From the NCBI GenBank assembly GCA_025062375.1, contig JANXAG010000003.1:35613-99612 (forward strand): 64,000 nucleotides of DNA. The letters are read 5' to 3'. Both the position numbers and the translations under genes were made by a program. Under the pieces are notes generated by a model. That model was not told where the DNA came from and ran no database searches. It saw only the letters and a program-made list of their open reading frames with translations. Source of the DNA: Anaerolineae bacterium (GTDB lineage Bacteria > Chloroflexota > Anaerolineae > SpSt-600). Position 1 is the first letter of the stretch; every line of letters begins with the position of its first letter. Of this stretch, positions 30,202 to 40,220 are shown piece by piece.

Positions 30202-31425
30202 GTGAAATTGACGGCCAAAATCTTCCGGGGACTTCTCAATTTGGTGATCCTCGCCAGCTTTCTCCCCATGGTTAACACCTGTGGGTTGACCCCTCTCCTT
30301 TCAGAAGCCAAAGTATGGCCAGAGCACATAACCCCTAACGCCGATGGCTACGTAGACGTGGCCGTGATAAGCTACCGGCTAAACCGGAACGCCTTCGTTT
30401 CCATTTACTTTTTGGATGAAAACAACCAGGCCCATTACTTTCGGAAAGAACAGAGGCGCTCCATAGGCGAACACACCGTGTATTTTGGGGGCGTAGTTCA
30501 AGATCGGGTCCTGCCCGATGGCCGCTATACTTGGGTGATTGAAGCAACCGATGACTACGGTAAAAGGGAAAAAGCCCAGGGCACTCTGATAATAACCAAC
30601 GCCGATACAAATCCCCCCCAGCTTCTGAACTTCACCGTATACCCGGAAGAATTCACCCCCAACCAGGATGGCCTGGACGATAGGGTTACCATATCTTACT
30701 ACCTTACCAAGAAAGCCGAAACCCATGTTTACCTTGTAGGGGCCGACGGCCGACGTTATCCACTGGTGGAAAAGGAAAGGGATATAAAACCTGGAGAGCC
30801 AGGGATACACATCTACGACTATGAAGGAGGTGTGGACCAGCGAGCTGAACCCCCACCCGACGGCACCTATTTCGTAGTAGCGGAGGCCCGGGACCTCGCC
30901 GGCAACCGCACGGTAGTAACCAGGACTTTGGTGATCAGAGAAGGAGGCGTCCCCAGAGCCGACATTTTAGAGGGAGAAGTGGAATTTAACCCTAAAATTG
31001 TGCCTCTGGGCTCAACCCTCTGCTTCACCCTTACTGTGGAAAACTATGGTGCTGTCCCCATCCGCACCAGTGGCCCACCCCCTGGCACCACATACAAAAG
31101 CATTGAAAACTTCAACACCTTGGGGTGGTATGAAGAACCGGGAGTATGGAGGGTAGGGATAGATTTTGAAACCAACTCCAGCGGACGACCCTACCCTTAC
31201 CGATGGGCAATATGTGGCGATAACTGCGAGGTCCGGATAAAGGATGGCCGTGAATACCGCTTCCTGATGCCTGGCCAGCGGTCTCTCGTAACCGGTTGCA
31301 TCCAGATAGTTCACAAACCTCCTCGCAATCCCATCCATTTCTGGGCTGGCCTTATCCATGAAGATGTGCGCATAGACCCCTTCAACGACCGCGTGGACCC
31401 GCAGGAGATTTCCATTGGATTTTAA
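30202..31425 (+). CDS. secreted/lipoprotein with two FlgD-Ig-like domains and a C-terminal Cys-containing domain
   Basis: Signal peptide. The repeats ITPNADGYVDVAVISYRLNRNAFVSIYFLDE..LPDGRYTWVIEATDDYG and FTPNQDGLDDRVTISYYL..THVYLVGADG match the FlgD_ig pattern. Confidence 0.6.
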   Translation: MKLTAKIFRGLLNLVILASFLPMVNTCGLTPLLSEAKVWPEHITPNADGYVDVAVISYRLNRNAFVSIYFLDENNQAHYFRKEQRRSIGEHTVYFGGVVQDRVLPDGRYTWVIEATDDYGKREKAQGTLIITNADTNPPQLLNFTVYPEEFTPNQDGLDDRVTISYYLTKKAETHVYLVGADGRRYPLVEKERDIKPGEPGIHIYDYEGGVDQRAEPPPDGTYFVVAEARDLAGNRTVVTRTLVIREGGVPRADILEGEVEFNPKIVPLGSTLCFTLTVENYGAVPIRTSGPPPGTTYKSIENFNTLGWYEEPGVWRVGIDFETNSSGRPYPYRWAICGDNCEVRIKDGREYRFLMPGQRSLVTGCIQIVHKPPRNPIHFWAGLIHEDVRIDPFNDRVDPQEISIGF

Positions 31426-31429
31426 ACTC

Positions 31430-32572
31430 TTAAGGCAAAGCCAGAATCTTCTTAAAGCGGTCAATTTGCTCCAGAACCCAGGAAGGGATGAGGAAATGGC
31501 TCTCATCCTTCAGGATAGAAACGAGGTTATCCAGAACGTTTATGCAGGCTATCGCTAAGATTATCTGCTTATGCAGGGGGGCTTGACCGGCCCTTTTGAT
31601 TTCGTAGGCTAAGGCCTCTACGAATTGAGCTTCGACATAAGCTCGGGCCTCGTTTTTAATCCGTAAAGCGGATACTTCTGCTTCGGCCTCTCGGGCTCTG
31701 AGCTTTGCCAGCCTCAACGACCTCCACAATCCAAAGTTTTTGTCTCTTACCCTTTCCCTTATTTCTTCTCCAGCGTCCAACATATTGACCTGAAGGCGAT
31801 TTATCTGGTATCCCCAGCTCCTTAGAGGAACCCTTAAAGCGTTGAAGAGTTCTGATTCCAGAAGCAATATTATACCTCTTGAAAGCAGCCCATGCCCTTC
31901 TTCCGGCATAACCTCCGGGTAAGAAACAAGAAGTTCGCTGAAATTATACTTCTCTACAACCCGTTGAAACCAGTAGGAAACTTCTTCTTCAACAATCTCT
32001 CTATGAGGCACCAAAGCTCCTTCTCTGACGGGAGTTCTATAAACGGCGTTAAGCATTCCTTCCCAGGAGAAAGTGTAAAAGGCTCTGAACCTGCGATCCC
32101 TCTGATCAGTCTGGTCTAATTCAATCCTGCTCAATTGGCGGCTCTGATATTCTATTTCCACTTCCCCCTGTACCGGGATCCCATCCTTAGTAAAACCCCT
32201 CACCTGGACTCTGTGGACCTGGGGGCGCAGATCTACAGCTCCTCTTAGCCTTTCAAAGGGCACAAGCCGGTGGTAACCAGGGCCCAGAACACGCGTGATT
32301 CTGCCATACTGCTCAAATACAGCGGCACTGTCTTCCCGGATAATCACATATCCAGGCCCCCCAATCTTGACTGCAGGGTGTTCCGGATCGACTATTTCCC
32401 CTTCCCTGATCGTAAAGTCAATAAACTCTCTGAAAAGGGGACAGATGGAGCTCAGGAGCCATATGATCGCATCGCCCAGCCTTCTTATTTCGTGAAAATC
32501 CCTTAGAAAATTGCACACCGTTAGAAAGGCTGCCAGAATCCCTGCAAAACCAGCGATAAAAACTAAATGCAT
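31430..32572 (-). CDS. SPFH/band-7 (stomatin/prohibitin-like) membrane protein, paralog 2
   Basis: N-terminal TM, then an SPFH core (GYVIIREDSAAVFEQYGRITRVLGPGYH..), then a long helical C-terminal tail. Confidence 0.6.
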   Translation of the reverse strand: MHLVFIAGFAGILAAFLTVCNFLRDFHEIRRLGDAIIWLLSSICPLFREFIDFTIREGEIVDPEHPAVKIGGPGYVIIREDSAAVFEQYGRITRVLGPGYHRLVPFERLRGAVDLRPQVHRVQVRGFTKDGIPVQGEVEIEYQSRQLSRIELDQTDQRDRRFRAFYTFSWEGMLNAVYRTPVREGALVPHREIVEEEVSYWFQRVVEKYNFSELLVSYPEVMPEEGHGLLSRGIILLLESELFNALRVPLRSWGYQINRLQVNMLDAGEEIRERVRDKNFGLWRSLRLAKLRAREAEAEVSALRIKNEARAYVEAQFVEALAYEIKRAGQAPLHKQIILAIACINVLDNLVSILKDESHFLIPSWVLEQIDRFKKILALP

Positions 32573-32573
32573 C

Positions 32574-33734
32574 TCAACTACCTCCAGGCGAAAGGGCTTT
32601 GAAAACGCCAGCTTTTTCTAAAGTTCGAGCGATGTCAGAAGTTAAAAGCCCCTTATTGGCCAGAGAGTAAGCCAGTTCCTCCACAATCTTGGTTAACCGC
32701 ATAGTCAAGGTCATTTCCAGATCGCCCGGGCTCACTCCGGTGAGCACTTCAGCAATTTTCTCCACTATATCCTGAAGGAAGTTAAACCGTGCTTCACTCA
32801 ATTGCCTCCAGTAGGCTGCTTCTGCCCTTGCCTCCCAGGGCTTCTCTTTTACTTCTACGCTCGCTTCCCAATTCCTCAAGGAATATTCCACGACCCTTGA
32901 TGGCACTTTATGTAATGTGATTCGCATCAGGTTAATTTTATAAGGCCAAAAGTTACTCCCCAGCTCTTTTCTTAGCCCCTCTTCAAGGATTTCTGATGAA
33001 ACTGTTTCGTGGGAATTCCCGTAAAGGTCTCCCAGAGTATAGCGGGAAACAACTTTAATTAGCCCAACTCTGGCGATGGAAAAAGCCCTTTCATCCCATC
33101 CGTCTGGGCCTTTAAGGTAAAAGGCGCTGAGCAACTCCGCCGGTTCATAACGATAGTAAAAATCCCCTCCCCTTTGTCCATAGTCTGCTAAGGAAAGGTC
33201 CAGGAGGAGCCGCAGTTCAATCTCCATATTATCGCTTGTTATGGCTTTAACATAGCTTATCCTGCGCTGAGGTCTGAGGTCAATGACTCCTCTTATACGT
33301 TCATAGGGTTCAAGGAAATAGATGGTAGTGCCCTGGTTGTATTCACCTTCTATAATCAGCCCCCGGCGGCGGTTTATGTTGGGTCTAAAGACTGCCTGGT
33401 TCCCCACAACCCGAGAAGGTTCCACAAATAATTGGACCACAGCAACGCTGTCGCTTCTTACTAAAACTGGGCTTCGCAAGTGATCCCTCAATAAATATGA
33501 GGCAAACCCTGCAGGAATTTTTTCTTCGTAATGGTCCCCTTCCACCGTGTAAGCTGAAGGATGAAGGTGTAACGCTCTTTTGACAATATACCGCCAGAGA
33601 AGCCAGCGAACGCGGTTGAATTCCTGATGATGGCGGGGAAGAGGGGTTATATAACGCGTCAGCCAAAACAGCGTTAACAGCCAAAACAACCCAAATACAG
33701 CGAGTAAGCCTAAACATTTAAGCAAATTGAACAC
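32574..33734 (-). CDS. SPFH/band-7 (stomatin/prohibitin-like) membrane protein, paralog 1
   Basis: N-terminal TM, an SPFH core (..IIEGEYNQGTTIYFLEPYERIRGVIDLRPQ..), and a helical tail. Lies 2 nt upstream of paralog 2. Confidence 0.6.
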   Translation of the reverse strand: MFNLLKCLGLLAVFGLFWLLTLFWLTRYITPLPRHHQEFNRVRWLLWRYIVKRALHLHPSAYTVEGDHYEEKIPAGFASYLLRDHLRSPVLVRSDSVAVVQLFVEPSRVVGNQAVFRPNINRRRGLIIEGEYNQGTTIYFLEPYERIRGVIDLRPQRRISYVKAITSDNMEIELRLLLDLSLADYGQRGGDFYYRYEPAELLSAFYLKGPDGWDERAFSIARVGLIKVVSRYTLGDLYGNSHETVSSEILEEGLRKELGSNFWPYKINLMRITLHKVPSRVVEYSLRNWEASVEVKEKPWEARAEAAYWRQLSEARFNFLQDIVEKIAEVLTGVSPGDLEMTLTMRLTKIVEELAYSLANKGLLTSDIARTLEKAGVFKALSPGGS

Positions 33735-34128
33735 ATTTTTCCCTCTTAAAAGGACAAAACTGTAAAGGCTCCCATAGCTTTAACCTCAAACGGCTTCTGT
33801 TTACCCCTAAACTCTGACCCACAAGGGGTGCAATGTTTCCACTTAAAATTTTAGCCTCAGATTTTAAAGATGTCAATTAAATTTAGGATTGCAGATAATG
33901 GCTTCAAAAAAACAGCAAAAGCTTTTATACCTCTCGGCCCAAAACCTTGAATCAACAAAGAGGAAAAATAGCCCGAAGACTTCAATCCCTGGCAAAGGGT
34001 ATGGACCTTGCAGCCTTCCCGCAAGTAAGCTTCAGGGCAGCAGGAAGAACAAACCTCACCTCCCCTGCGCACAAAGCAACTCCCCACCCGCACCCGAAAG
34101 ATTGCTTCGCCACAGTAAAACACTACTT

Positions 34129-35406
34129 TCAAACCGCCCCTCTGATGTAGGGGATTGTCTGAGGGCCTTCGGGGAGTATGCACACCCTGGCTTCAGGGCC
34201 GTATCTGGCTAAAAGCTCTTCCAGAGTTTCCTCTATAGAACGGCAGGGCTTCAGAAGAGCCTCTTCTATTTGTCTATCCGTAAGGTAGGAGCTTTTAACG
34301 TAAACGTCGGCTTTAAGTTGTATGAGGGCCTGGATCTGAGCCTCCCACTGATCCTGAACCAGAAAACCCGGCTGGCGTATTATCCTTAAAAGCTCCGCTG
34401 GAGAAGAGGCCATCTTCAGGATATTTTTGTATTCCCCGTGGTCCGGAATACCATCTTTGCATTCAGCAGCTATGATTATACTTCCCCCTTCCTTGACTAT
34501 TCGCGCTGCTACTGACATGCCCTTGACCGCCTGGTAGAGGTTTATATCCAGGGGGTAGCCTGAGTTGGTAGTTATAACAATATCAAAGGGCTCTTCCACT
34601 TCCACCATGGCCGAAGAGGCAGCAAACTTCACCCCTTCAGCATGAGCTTTCCAGACATCACCAGCAAAAACCCCCGTTATTTGTTTCTCCCGGTTCAAAG
34701 TTACATTGACCAGGAACGATGGCTGGGTTCGGGCGGCCACTTCCCTTATCTCTTCCCAGATGGGATTGCCTTCCGTTACACCCCAAGTAGCTCTGGGATC
34801 ATCTATCATTTCGGCCCCGTGGTTAAGAAGGATGGTATCAAGGCCAGCTATCCCCGGTAGCACTGCTTTGGGCCCCCCAGAAAAACCTGCAAAAAAGTGA
34901 GGTTCAATGAACCCGGTAAGGATTTTAACTGACGCTTCCATGTAGGCTTTGTTAACCCAGGCTGGATGACCAAAGCTCGTTTCTCCAAGGTATTGAAGGG
35001 TTGATTTGTCGTTACAATCGTGCTGAAGAATAGCGTAATTGGAAACGATGTCCGGACCCAGCATTTCCTCCAGTTCCTCTCGGGTCTGAGGACGGTGAGC
35101 TCCAAGGGCGTTTATGAGCAATATGTTTTGCCTCGGAACATGAGAGAGTTCTTCCAGAATTATCGGAAGGACCTTGCGGTTTGGCATCGGCCGGGTTATA
35201 TCACTGAAAACAATGGCTACAGTGTCGGAGGAGCGGACCAGTTCCCTGAGGGGAGGAGAAGCTATAGGTTCTCTGAGAGCTTTCCTGATAGCCTTTTCTT
35301 CCTCCGGCAAGCCAGGGAGGAACCGGGGCTCAATAATTTTTACCTTTAAATCATCGGGCAGCTCAATCCACAGCCCTTCTCTGCCGTAGGCCAGGCGGAC
35401 CTTCAT
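34129..35406 (-). CDS. LarA-like (DUF2088) nickel-pincer-cofactor-dependent racemase/epimerase family protein
   Basis: 425 aa with LarA_N-like N-terminal architecture. Overlaps the upstream 2Fe-2S gene by 44 nt. Confidence 0.5.
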   Translation of the reverse strand: MKVRLAYGREGLWIELPDDLKVKIIEPRFLPGLPEEEKAIRKALREPIASPPLRELVRSSDTVAIVFSDITRPMPNRKVLPIILEELSHVPRQNILLINALGAHRPQTREELEEMLGPDIVSNYAILQHDCNDKSTLQYLGETSFGHPAWVNKAYMEASVKILTGFIEPHFFAGFSGGPKAVLPGIAGLDTILLNHGAEMIDDPRATWGVTEGNPIWEEIREVAARTQPSFLVNVTLNREKQITGVFAGDVWKAHAEGVKFAASSAMVEVEEPFDIVITTNSGYPLDINLYQAVKGMSVAARIVKEGGSIIIAAECKDGIPDHGEYKNILKMASSPAELLRIIRQPGFLVQDQWEAQIQALIQLKADVYVKSSYLTDRQIEEALLKPCRSIEETLEELLARYGPEARVCILPEGPQTIPYIRGAV

Positions 35407-35881
35407 TTTTCTTTCCCCCTTTCATCTTAACCGCAGCGGCTTTTATAGCATCTATTATCTGGTAATAACCAGTGCACCGGCAAAGGTTACCGGCTATGGC
35501 TTCTTTGATTTCCTCTTCGGAAGGGTCTGCATTTCTATCCAGCAGAGCTTTAGTGGACATTATGAAGCCTGGAGTGCAGTAACCACATTGAGCGGCAAAG
35601 TGTTCTATAAAAGCTTCTTGGATAGGATGCAGTTTTCTGTCTAAAGAAAGCCCTTCAATCGTTTCTACCCACGCCCCATCCACTTTCATGGCTGGATAGA
35701 TGCATGAAGTGACAGCCTTACCGTTCACGATCACAGTGCATGCCCCGCACTCCCCCTCCTCGCACCCTATTTTAGTGCCCACGAGACCAAGCCTTTCCCG
35801 CAACGTATAGGCTAAAGTTTCAAAAGGCTCTATCTCAACGGTTCGTTTCTGCCCATTAAGGGTAAAAGTAATCACCGGCAT
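35363..35881 (-). CDS. (2Fe-2S)-binding small subunit of the xanthine dehydrogenase/CO dehydrogenase family (CoxS/CutS-like)
   Basis: Two 2Fe-2S motifs (CEEGECGACTV and C..C..Y). Confidence 0.8.
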   Translation of the reverse strand: MPVITFTLNGQKRTVEIEPFETLAYTLRERLGLVGTKIGCEEGECGACTVIVNGKAVTSCIYPAMKVDGAWVETIEGLSLDRKLHPIQEAFIEHFAAQCGYCTPGFIMSTKALLDRNADPSEEEIKEAIAGNLCRCTGYYQIIDAIKAAAVKMKGGKKNEGPPGLRQRRAVD

Positions 35882-35989
35882 AATTTGAACCCTCCTTTAA
35901 GTTTTGTTCAGCGATCCCTTCGCAGAAGTCACTGTTAACTTCAAGGGCAAAACAACCCCGGAGGCCTTCCGGAAACTGCATCATCGCTG

Positions 35990-38464
35990 TCACTTTGGCT
36001 TTAAGGTTAAGATAGCTTCAGCGTGATGTTTTACCTGCTCTTTGCTCCAAAGCATCGGGTGATATTCTCCCCTGGCCCATTTCATTATGAAGTCACCATA
36101 GTGAGGGTGGTAAGGGTGACCAGACTGGCCTGTAGTATGAATGGATAGAGAATTATCCCACGCTCCAACGTCTATGATCTGCCTGTACGACGGCAGAGCC
36201 ATCACTTCAAAGGGATTTTCAGGGTGATAAAGGTTGTTGTTCACCGTTTCGGAGCTCCCGCTTACAGGTACGGGACCGCGGTTGAAGATATTTTCAATGG
36301 GCTTTATCCCGGATCTTCCCAGGGTCTCGTTCTGGAAGATGGCTACGTGGACTTTGCCCCATTGCCACTTCTTCATATCTTTGCCCAGCCTTTCCTCAAG
36401 CTCATCCACAGCTTCCTTGAAAGCTTTGAGGAGTATTTCGTCCCTCGTCTCAGTTTGAGGTGTATAAACGTTATCGTACCAGGGAGAGTGGGGTTTGGCC
36501 AGGATGGAAGCTAAAACTTGCATTGTGAGGGATTCAAAGTCCAAAAACTTTAGGAAAGCCTTCTCCCCAAGCTCATCGGCAAAGATGTTCCTGAGGAGGC
36601 TAAGCCTAACGGCCTCAAAAATGGTAGCTCCAACCGATTCCGTGGTAGCATAACGGTCCCATCGCCGGAGAATTTCCAGAGCCTCCTTGAGGCGAGGGTC
36701 CTCCAGGGAAAGAGTGGCAAGGTGAGGGATAACTTCTTCGGCATGGAGGACGTAGGAATCCATCTGAATGGCTTTGAAATCTTCAATGCTGAGCTTGTCC
36801 TTGGCCGTTATTAGGTTAACTATGCGCTGAGCCCGATAGCCTCGGTTCCAATCCAGGGTGATAAAATGCGGGAAATCTGGCCTAACCACGGCATTATTAG
36901 CTGTGACCACGTAGCCCTCTGGAGGGTTAAAGGTGCGGGGAAGTTCATCAAAGGGAACGTAGCCAACCCATTCGTATTCGTTGTTCCATCCCGGCACGGG
37001 AATTGAGCCGTCTCCTTTCTTGCGGATAGGGATTTTGCCAGGCATCTGATAGCCAATGTTACCGTTCACATCAGCGTAAACGAAGTTCTGGCTTGGAACA
37101 TCCCAGTAACGGAGGGCCTCCCTGAACTCCTCCCAGTTGCGGGCCTTGTTCAGAAGGAGCACAGACTTCACGATGGTGCATGGTTCGAGCGCTGTCCAGC
37201 GGAAAGCCAGAGGCTGCCACCCGTAAGCCCACGCTTCTTCAGTCCCACCAGCCACATCGTTTATTATGGGCCCATGGCGGGTAAGACGAACCCGCACCCT
37301 CACCGGTTCTTCTCTCCCCCGCACTTTTATCTCTTCCCAGATTATCTGCATATTTTCCCATTTCCCATCAACTTCATACTGGTCGGGGTTTTCAGGGTTA
37401 ATTCGCTCCACATATAGATCCTGAACATCAGGGTTGACATTGGTTACACCCCAGGCTATGTATTCATTGTGGCCTATTATAACTCCAGGGACTCCGGCAA
37501 AAGAGGCTCCAACCACTCTGAAAGGACAATCTTCGCTTACTGGTTCACAATGAAGGCCTATTTCATACCAGATAGATGGCATCTGAATCCCTAAATGGGG
37601 GTCGTTGGCCAGAAGAGGGCGGCCGGTGGTGGTACGGCTGCCGGAGACCACCCAGTTGTTGCTTCCCAGGCCAGGCCCCATGCGGAGGATTTCCAGAGCT
37701 TCCCACGGAATGCTTTCAAAAGTGGCCTGGGATAAAGGGATCAATGTTTCGGGAGCGTGAGAGGAAGACCCGGTTTCAGGATGAGGTACTATAACTGGCT
37801 TATCAGGAGGATAAGGTGGATCTATATCCTTTAAACGAGTGGAGCCAACTCTGCTCAAAACCATCGCTCTGAAGATTTCATTTTCCCAGTTTCCTCCCAG
37901 GTTCCAGGCCATAACTTTTGCCCAGGTTAAAATGTTATAGGGAGTCCAGGGTTCAGGCTCAAACTTTGCTCCTATAAGGCCAAGGATGGTAAACTCCAGG
38001 CCCAGTTTCCCCTTGTTCTCCTTGAGATAAGCGTTGACCCCTTTAGCGTAAGCTTCTAAGATGGCCTTTACCTCAGGCTCCAGCTGTTCAAGCTCCCGGG
38101 CAGCGACCCTGTGCCACCCGAGGGTGCGGATGAATCGGTCTATTTTGAGGGTGGCTTCTCCGAAGATTTCCGAAAGCCGTCCACTTCCGATCCTCCGCCA
38201 GTATTCCATTTGCCAGAAGCGGTCCTGAGCATGAACGTAACCCTGAGCAAAGAAGAGATCATGGGTATTGGAAGCATAGATGTGAGGCACACCCCATTTG
38301 TCTCTTACAATGGTTACCGGAGCTCTGAGCCCCTCCACAATTATAGTTCCGGTGGTCCTGGGCCAGGGTTTACGGATGGTATAGTAAAGAAAGCCGGAAA
38401 GGGATAGCACCAGGATTATGAGCACTGCTATTACTATAGTTACAGCTTTAAGCGCTCTGCGCAT
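35990..38464 (-). CDS. penicillin acylase (Ntn-hydrolase) family protein
   Basis: 824 aa with an N-terminal signal anchor and the SNNWVVSGSRTTTGRPLLANDPHLG nucleophile region. Confidence 0.85.
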   Translation of the reverse strand: MRRALKAVTIVIAVLIILVLSLSGFLYYTIRKPWPRTTGTIIVEGLRAPVTIVRDKWGVPHIYASNTHDLFFAQGYVHAQDRFWQMEYWRRIGSGRLSEIFGEATLKIDRFIRTLGWHRVAARELEQLEPEVKAILEAYAKGVNAYLKENKGKLGLEFTILGLIGAKFEPEPWTPYNILTWAKVMAWNLGGNWENEIFRAMVLSRVGSTRLKDIDPPYPPDKPVIVPHPETGSSSHAPETLIPLSQATFESIPWEALEILRMGPGLGSNNWVVSGSRTTTGRPLLANDPHLGIQMPSIWYEIGLHCEPVSEDCPFRVVGASFAGVPGVIIGHNEYIAWGVTNVNPDVQDLYVERINPENPDQYEVDGKWENMQIIWEEIKVRGREEPVRVRVRLTRHGPIINDVAGGTEEAWAYGWQPLAFRWTALEPCTIVKSVLLLNKARNWEEFREALRYWDVPSQNFVYADVNGNIGYQMPGKIPIRKKGDGSIPVPGWNNEYEWVGYVPFDELPRTFNPPEGYVVTANNAVVRPDFPHFITLDWNRGYRAQRIVNLITAKDKLSIEDFKAIQMDSYVLHAEEVIPHLATLSLEDPRLKEALEILRRWDRYATTESVGATIFEAVRLSLLRNIFADELGEKAFLKFLDFESLTMQVLASILAKPHSPWYDNVYTPQTETRDEILLKAFKEAVDELEERLGKDMKKWQWGKVHVAIFQNETLGRSGIKPIENIFNRGPVPVSGSSETVNNNLYHPENPFEVMALPSYRQIIDVGAWDNSLSIHTTGQSGHPYHPHYGDFIMKWARGEYHPMLWSKEQVKHHAEAILTLKPK

Positions 38465-38503
38465 GGTACCCCCTTATATCTGAGTCCTGAATTTGCGGTA
38501 AAA

Positions 38504-39088
38504 CTAAGGCCTTATGCGACGCAACAGGCTTTCAAGTCTAGTGGTATCTTTGTAAAGTAACCTGGTAAGCTCGCGGCCCACATCTACCAGAAAATAACGC
38601 CCCTCTTTACCAAGAGAGCCCGCCATCCGCCTTATGCCTACCGCTATCAAGTCATCGGCAGGGATGCCCGGGTTGCTGAGGATGGTACGGAGAAAATCCA
38701 AACCCGAGAGGGCAAACTCCCTAACTTCTTCATCGGAACAGCTTTCTACCACGCTGAAAGGCATCGGGGGCTGAGGCGGCATCTCTTGACGGATAAAACC
38801 ATAGCGCTTATATCCCACCACTACTACTGAAATTTCCACAGGAAGCAGCCTGTTTTCTATATGGTCCCTTATGTACTCCTCCGGCAGATTTTGCGCTGTA
38901 ATAAGCTGTCGCACGGACGAATCGCTCTGGATAGACACATTGTAAATAAAGCCGTAAACGATGCTACCATCCTGGGTGAGGACTTTGACGAAATCGCCGA
39001 AGGAAGGAATATCGTGAAGGAGAGTGCGACAGCCGGCAGTAAACTGGGTTGTATTGGCGTGGATTACTCTCCCTATCTCCTGCCCCAT
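38504..39088 (-). CDS. hypothetical 194-aa protein; its N-terminus resembles a HerA-type HAS-barrel and it has no ATPase domain
   Basis: IGRVIHANTTQFTAG....FGDFVKV..DGSIVYGFIYNV follows the HAS-barrel pattern. No Walker A or Walker B motif. Its start is 2 nt from the stop of the upstream NurA-like ORF. Confidence 0.4.
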   Translation of the reverse strand: MGQEIGRVIHANTTQFTAGCRTLLHDIPSFGDFVKVLTQDGSIVYGFIYNVSIQSDSSVRQLITAQNLPEEYIRDHIENRLLPVEISVVVVGYKRYGFIRQEMPPQPPMPFSVVESCSDEEVREFALSGLDFLRTILSNPGIPADDLIAVGIRRMAGSLGKEGRYFLVDVGRELTRLLYKDTTRLESLLRRIRP

Positions 39089-39089
39089 T

Positions 39090-40220
39090 TTACATTAACC
39101 TCTTCCACCTTTCCTTTGGAGAAAGCTGTGGGATTAGACCTTTCCGCATCATGGCGCGTTCTATCATCTCCTCAAGACTTTTCCTTTCCTGAGCCTTTAT
39201 CACAGCTAATTCATGAGCCCTTTCGAGAACATAAGGATACCCCCCAGTGTTTTCGCTCTGTTTCAGGATCGCTCCCTGGATAAAGGCCACAAGCTCTCTA
39301 TCTCTGGCTATCCATTCAGGCACTTCAACCCTGGCAATTTCTCCCTCAACGTTGAGGTAAAAGAAGAAAACGCGATTCTCTCCGTAGTAATCGTTCAGGA
39401 CTGATGGGCTTTCAAAGAGGGCAGAACGCCACCCTTTCGGCAGGAAGGAAAAGAGAGTGGCGTCGGTTAAGCGACCCCAAGGGCGCCGGAGAGTAGGTTG
39501 CTTTAAAGTTTCCTCTCCAAAATGCATCAGCCTTAAAAGGTCCACCACTTCGCAATAACGAGGACGACTTATGAACCCGGCCAGGAGAGCCCCGGCATTG
39601 CGGATTTTATCCATCTCTTCCGTGTAAGCCCTGATTTTATCCTGATGCAGGTTCTTTTCTTCCTCTAAAATCCAGAGGAGCAGTGTCCCATCAATCAGGG
39701 CCAGAATTGGTGTCTCTTCCCGCCTGGCTTTCTCCACCACTTCCTTTACCCTTTCAGAAATTTCCTTCAGCTCCGCCAGCCCCCTTCTGACATCTAGAAG
39801 GCTACCCTGCACCAGGCGGTTGCCTTCGTAAAGGTCTTCGTCTCTATAAAAAAGGAAAGGCATGCTTCTGGGGATAGGGGTTTCACCGCTGCTCTCTCTG
39901 AGAACAATGCTCCCTATGTTTATGAGATAGTAAAGAGCAATGCCGTGACGGTCAGGCTGAACCTGAGAGCCATCGGCAGCAATGGCGAAGAAAGAAGAGG
40001 GTACAGGCTTGGGAGGCTCCTGAAGATCTATGGGTTCATTGGATGGAACTGCAGCTCCTAACTCTTTGGCTTTAGTCCTGAATTCAAAAGCTGAAATGGA
40101 ATAACGTTTAAGAAGCTCCCGGGCTCTATCGGCCACCCTCTGGTAGCGAGCCCTTTCTGCAGTCAATTCCTCGGCCATTTTTTCCACTTGAGGAATCAAG
40201 TGAGGTAGATAAAGACTCAC
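39090..40220 (-). CDS. NurA-like nuclease domain protein (GTG start with a GGAGGT RBS)
   Basis: FFAIAADGSQ and ILALIDGTLLLW D-G-S/T motifs in an RNase-H-like context typical of NurA. The ORF track extends to 40292, but a strong RBS plus a GTG at 40220 fits better and leaves room for the divergent promoters. Confidence 0.45.
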   Translation of the reverse strand: MSLYLPHLIPQVEKMAEELTAERARYQRVADRARELLKRYSISAFEFRTKAKELGAAVPSNEPIDLQEPPKPVPSSFFAIAADGSQVQPDRHGIALYYLINIGSIVLRESSGETPIPRSMPFLFYRDEDLYEGNRLVQGSLLDVRRGLAELKEISERVKEVVEKARREETPILALIDGTLLLWILEEEKNLHQDKIRAYTEEMDKIRNAGALLAGFISRPRYCEVVDLLRLMHFGEETLKQPTLRRPWGRLTDATLFSFLPKGWRSALFESPSVLNDYYGENRVFFFYLNVEGEIARVEVPEWIARDRELVAFIQGAILKQSENTGGYPYVLERAHELAVIKAQERKSLEEMIERAMMRKGLIPQLSPKERWKRLM

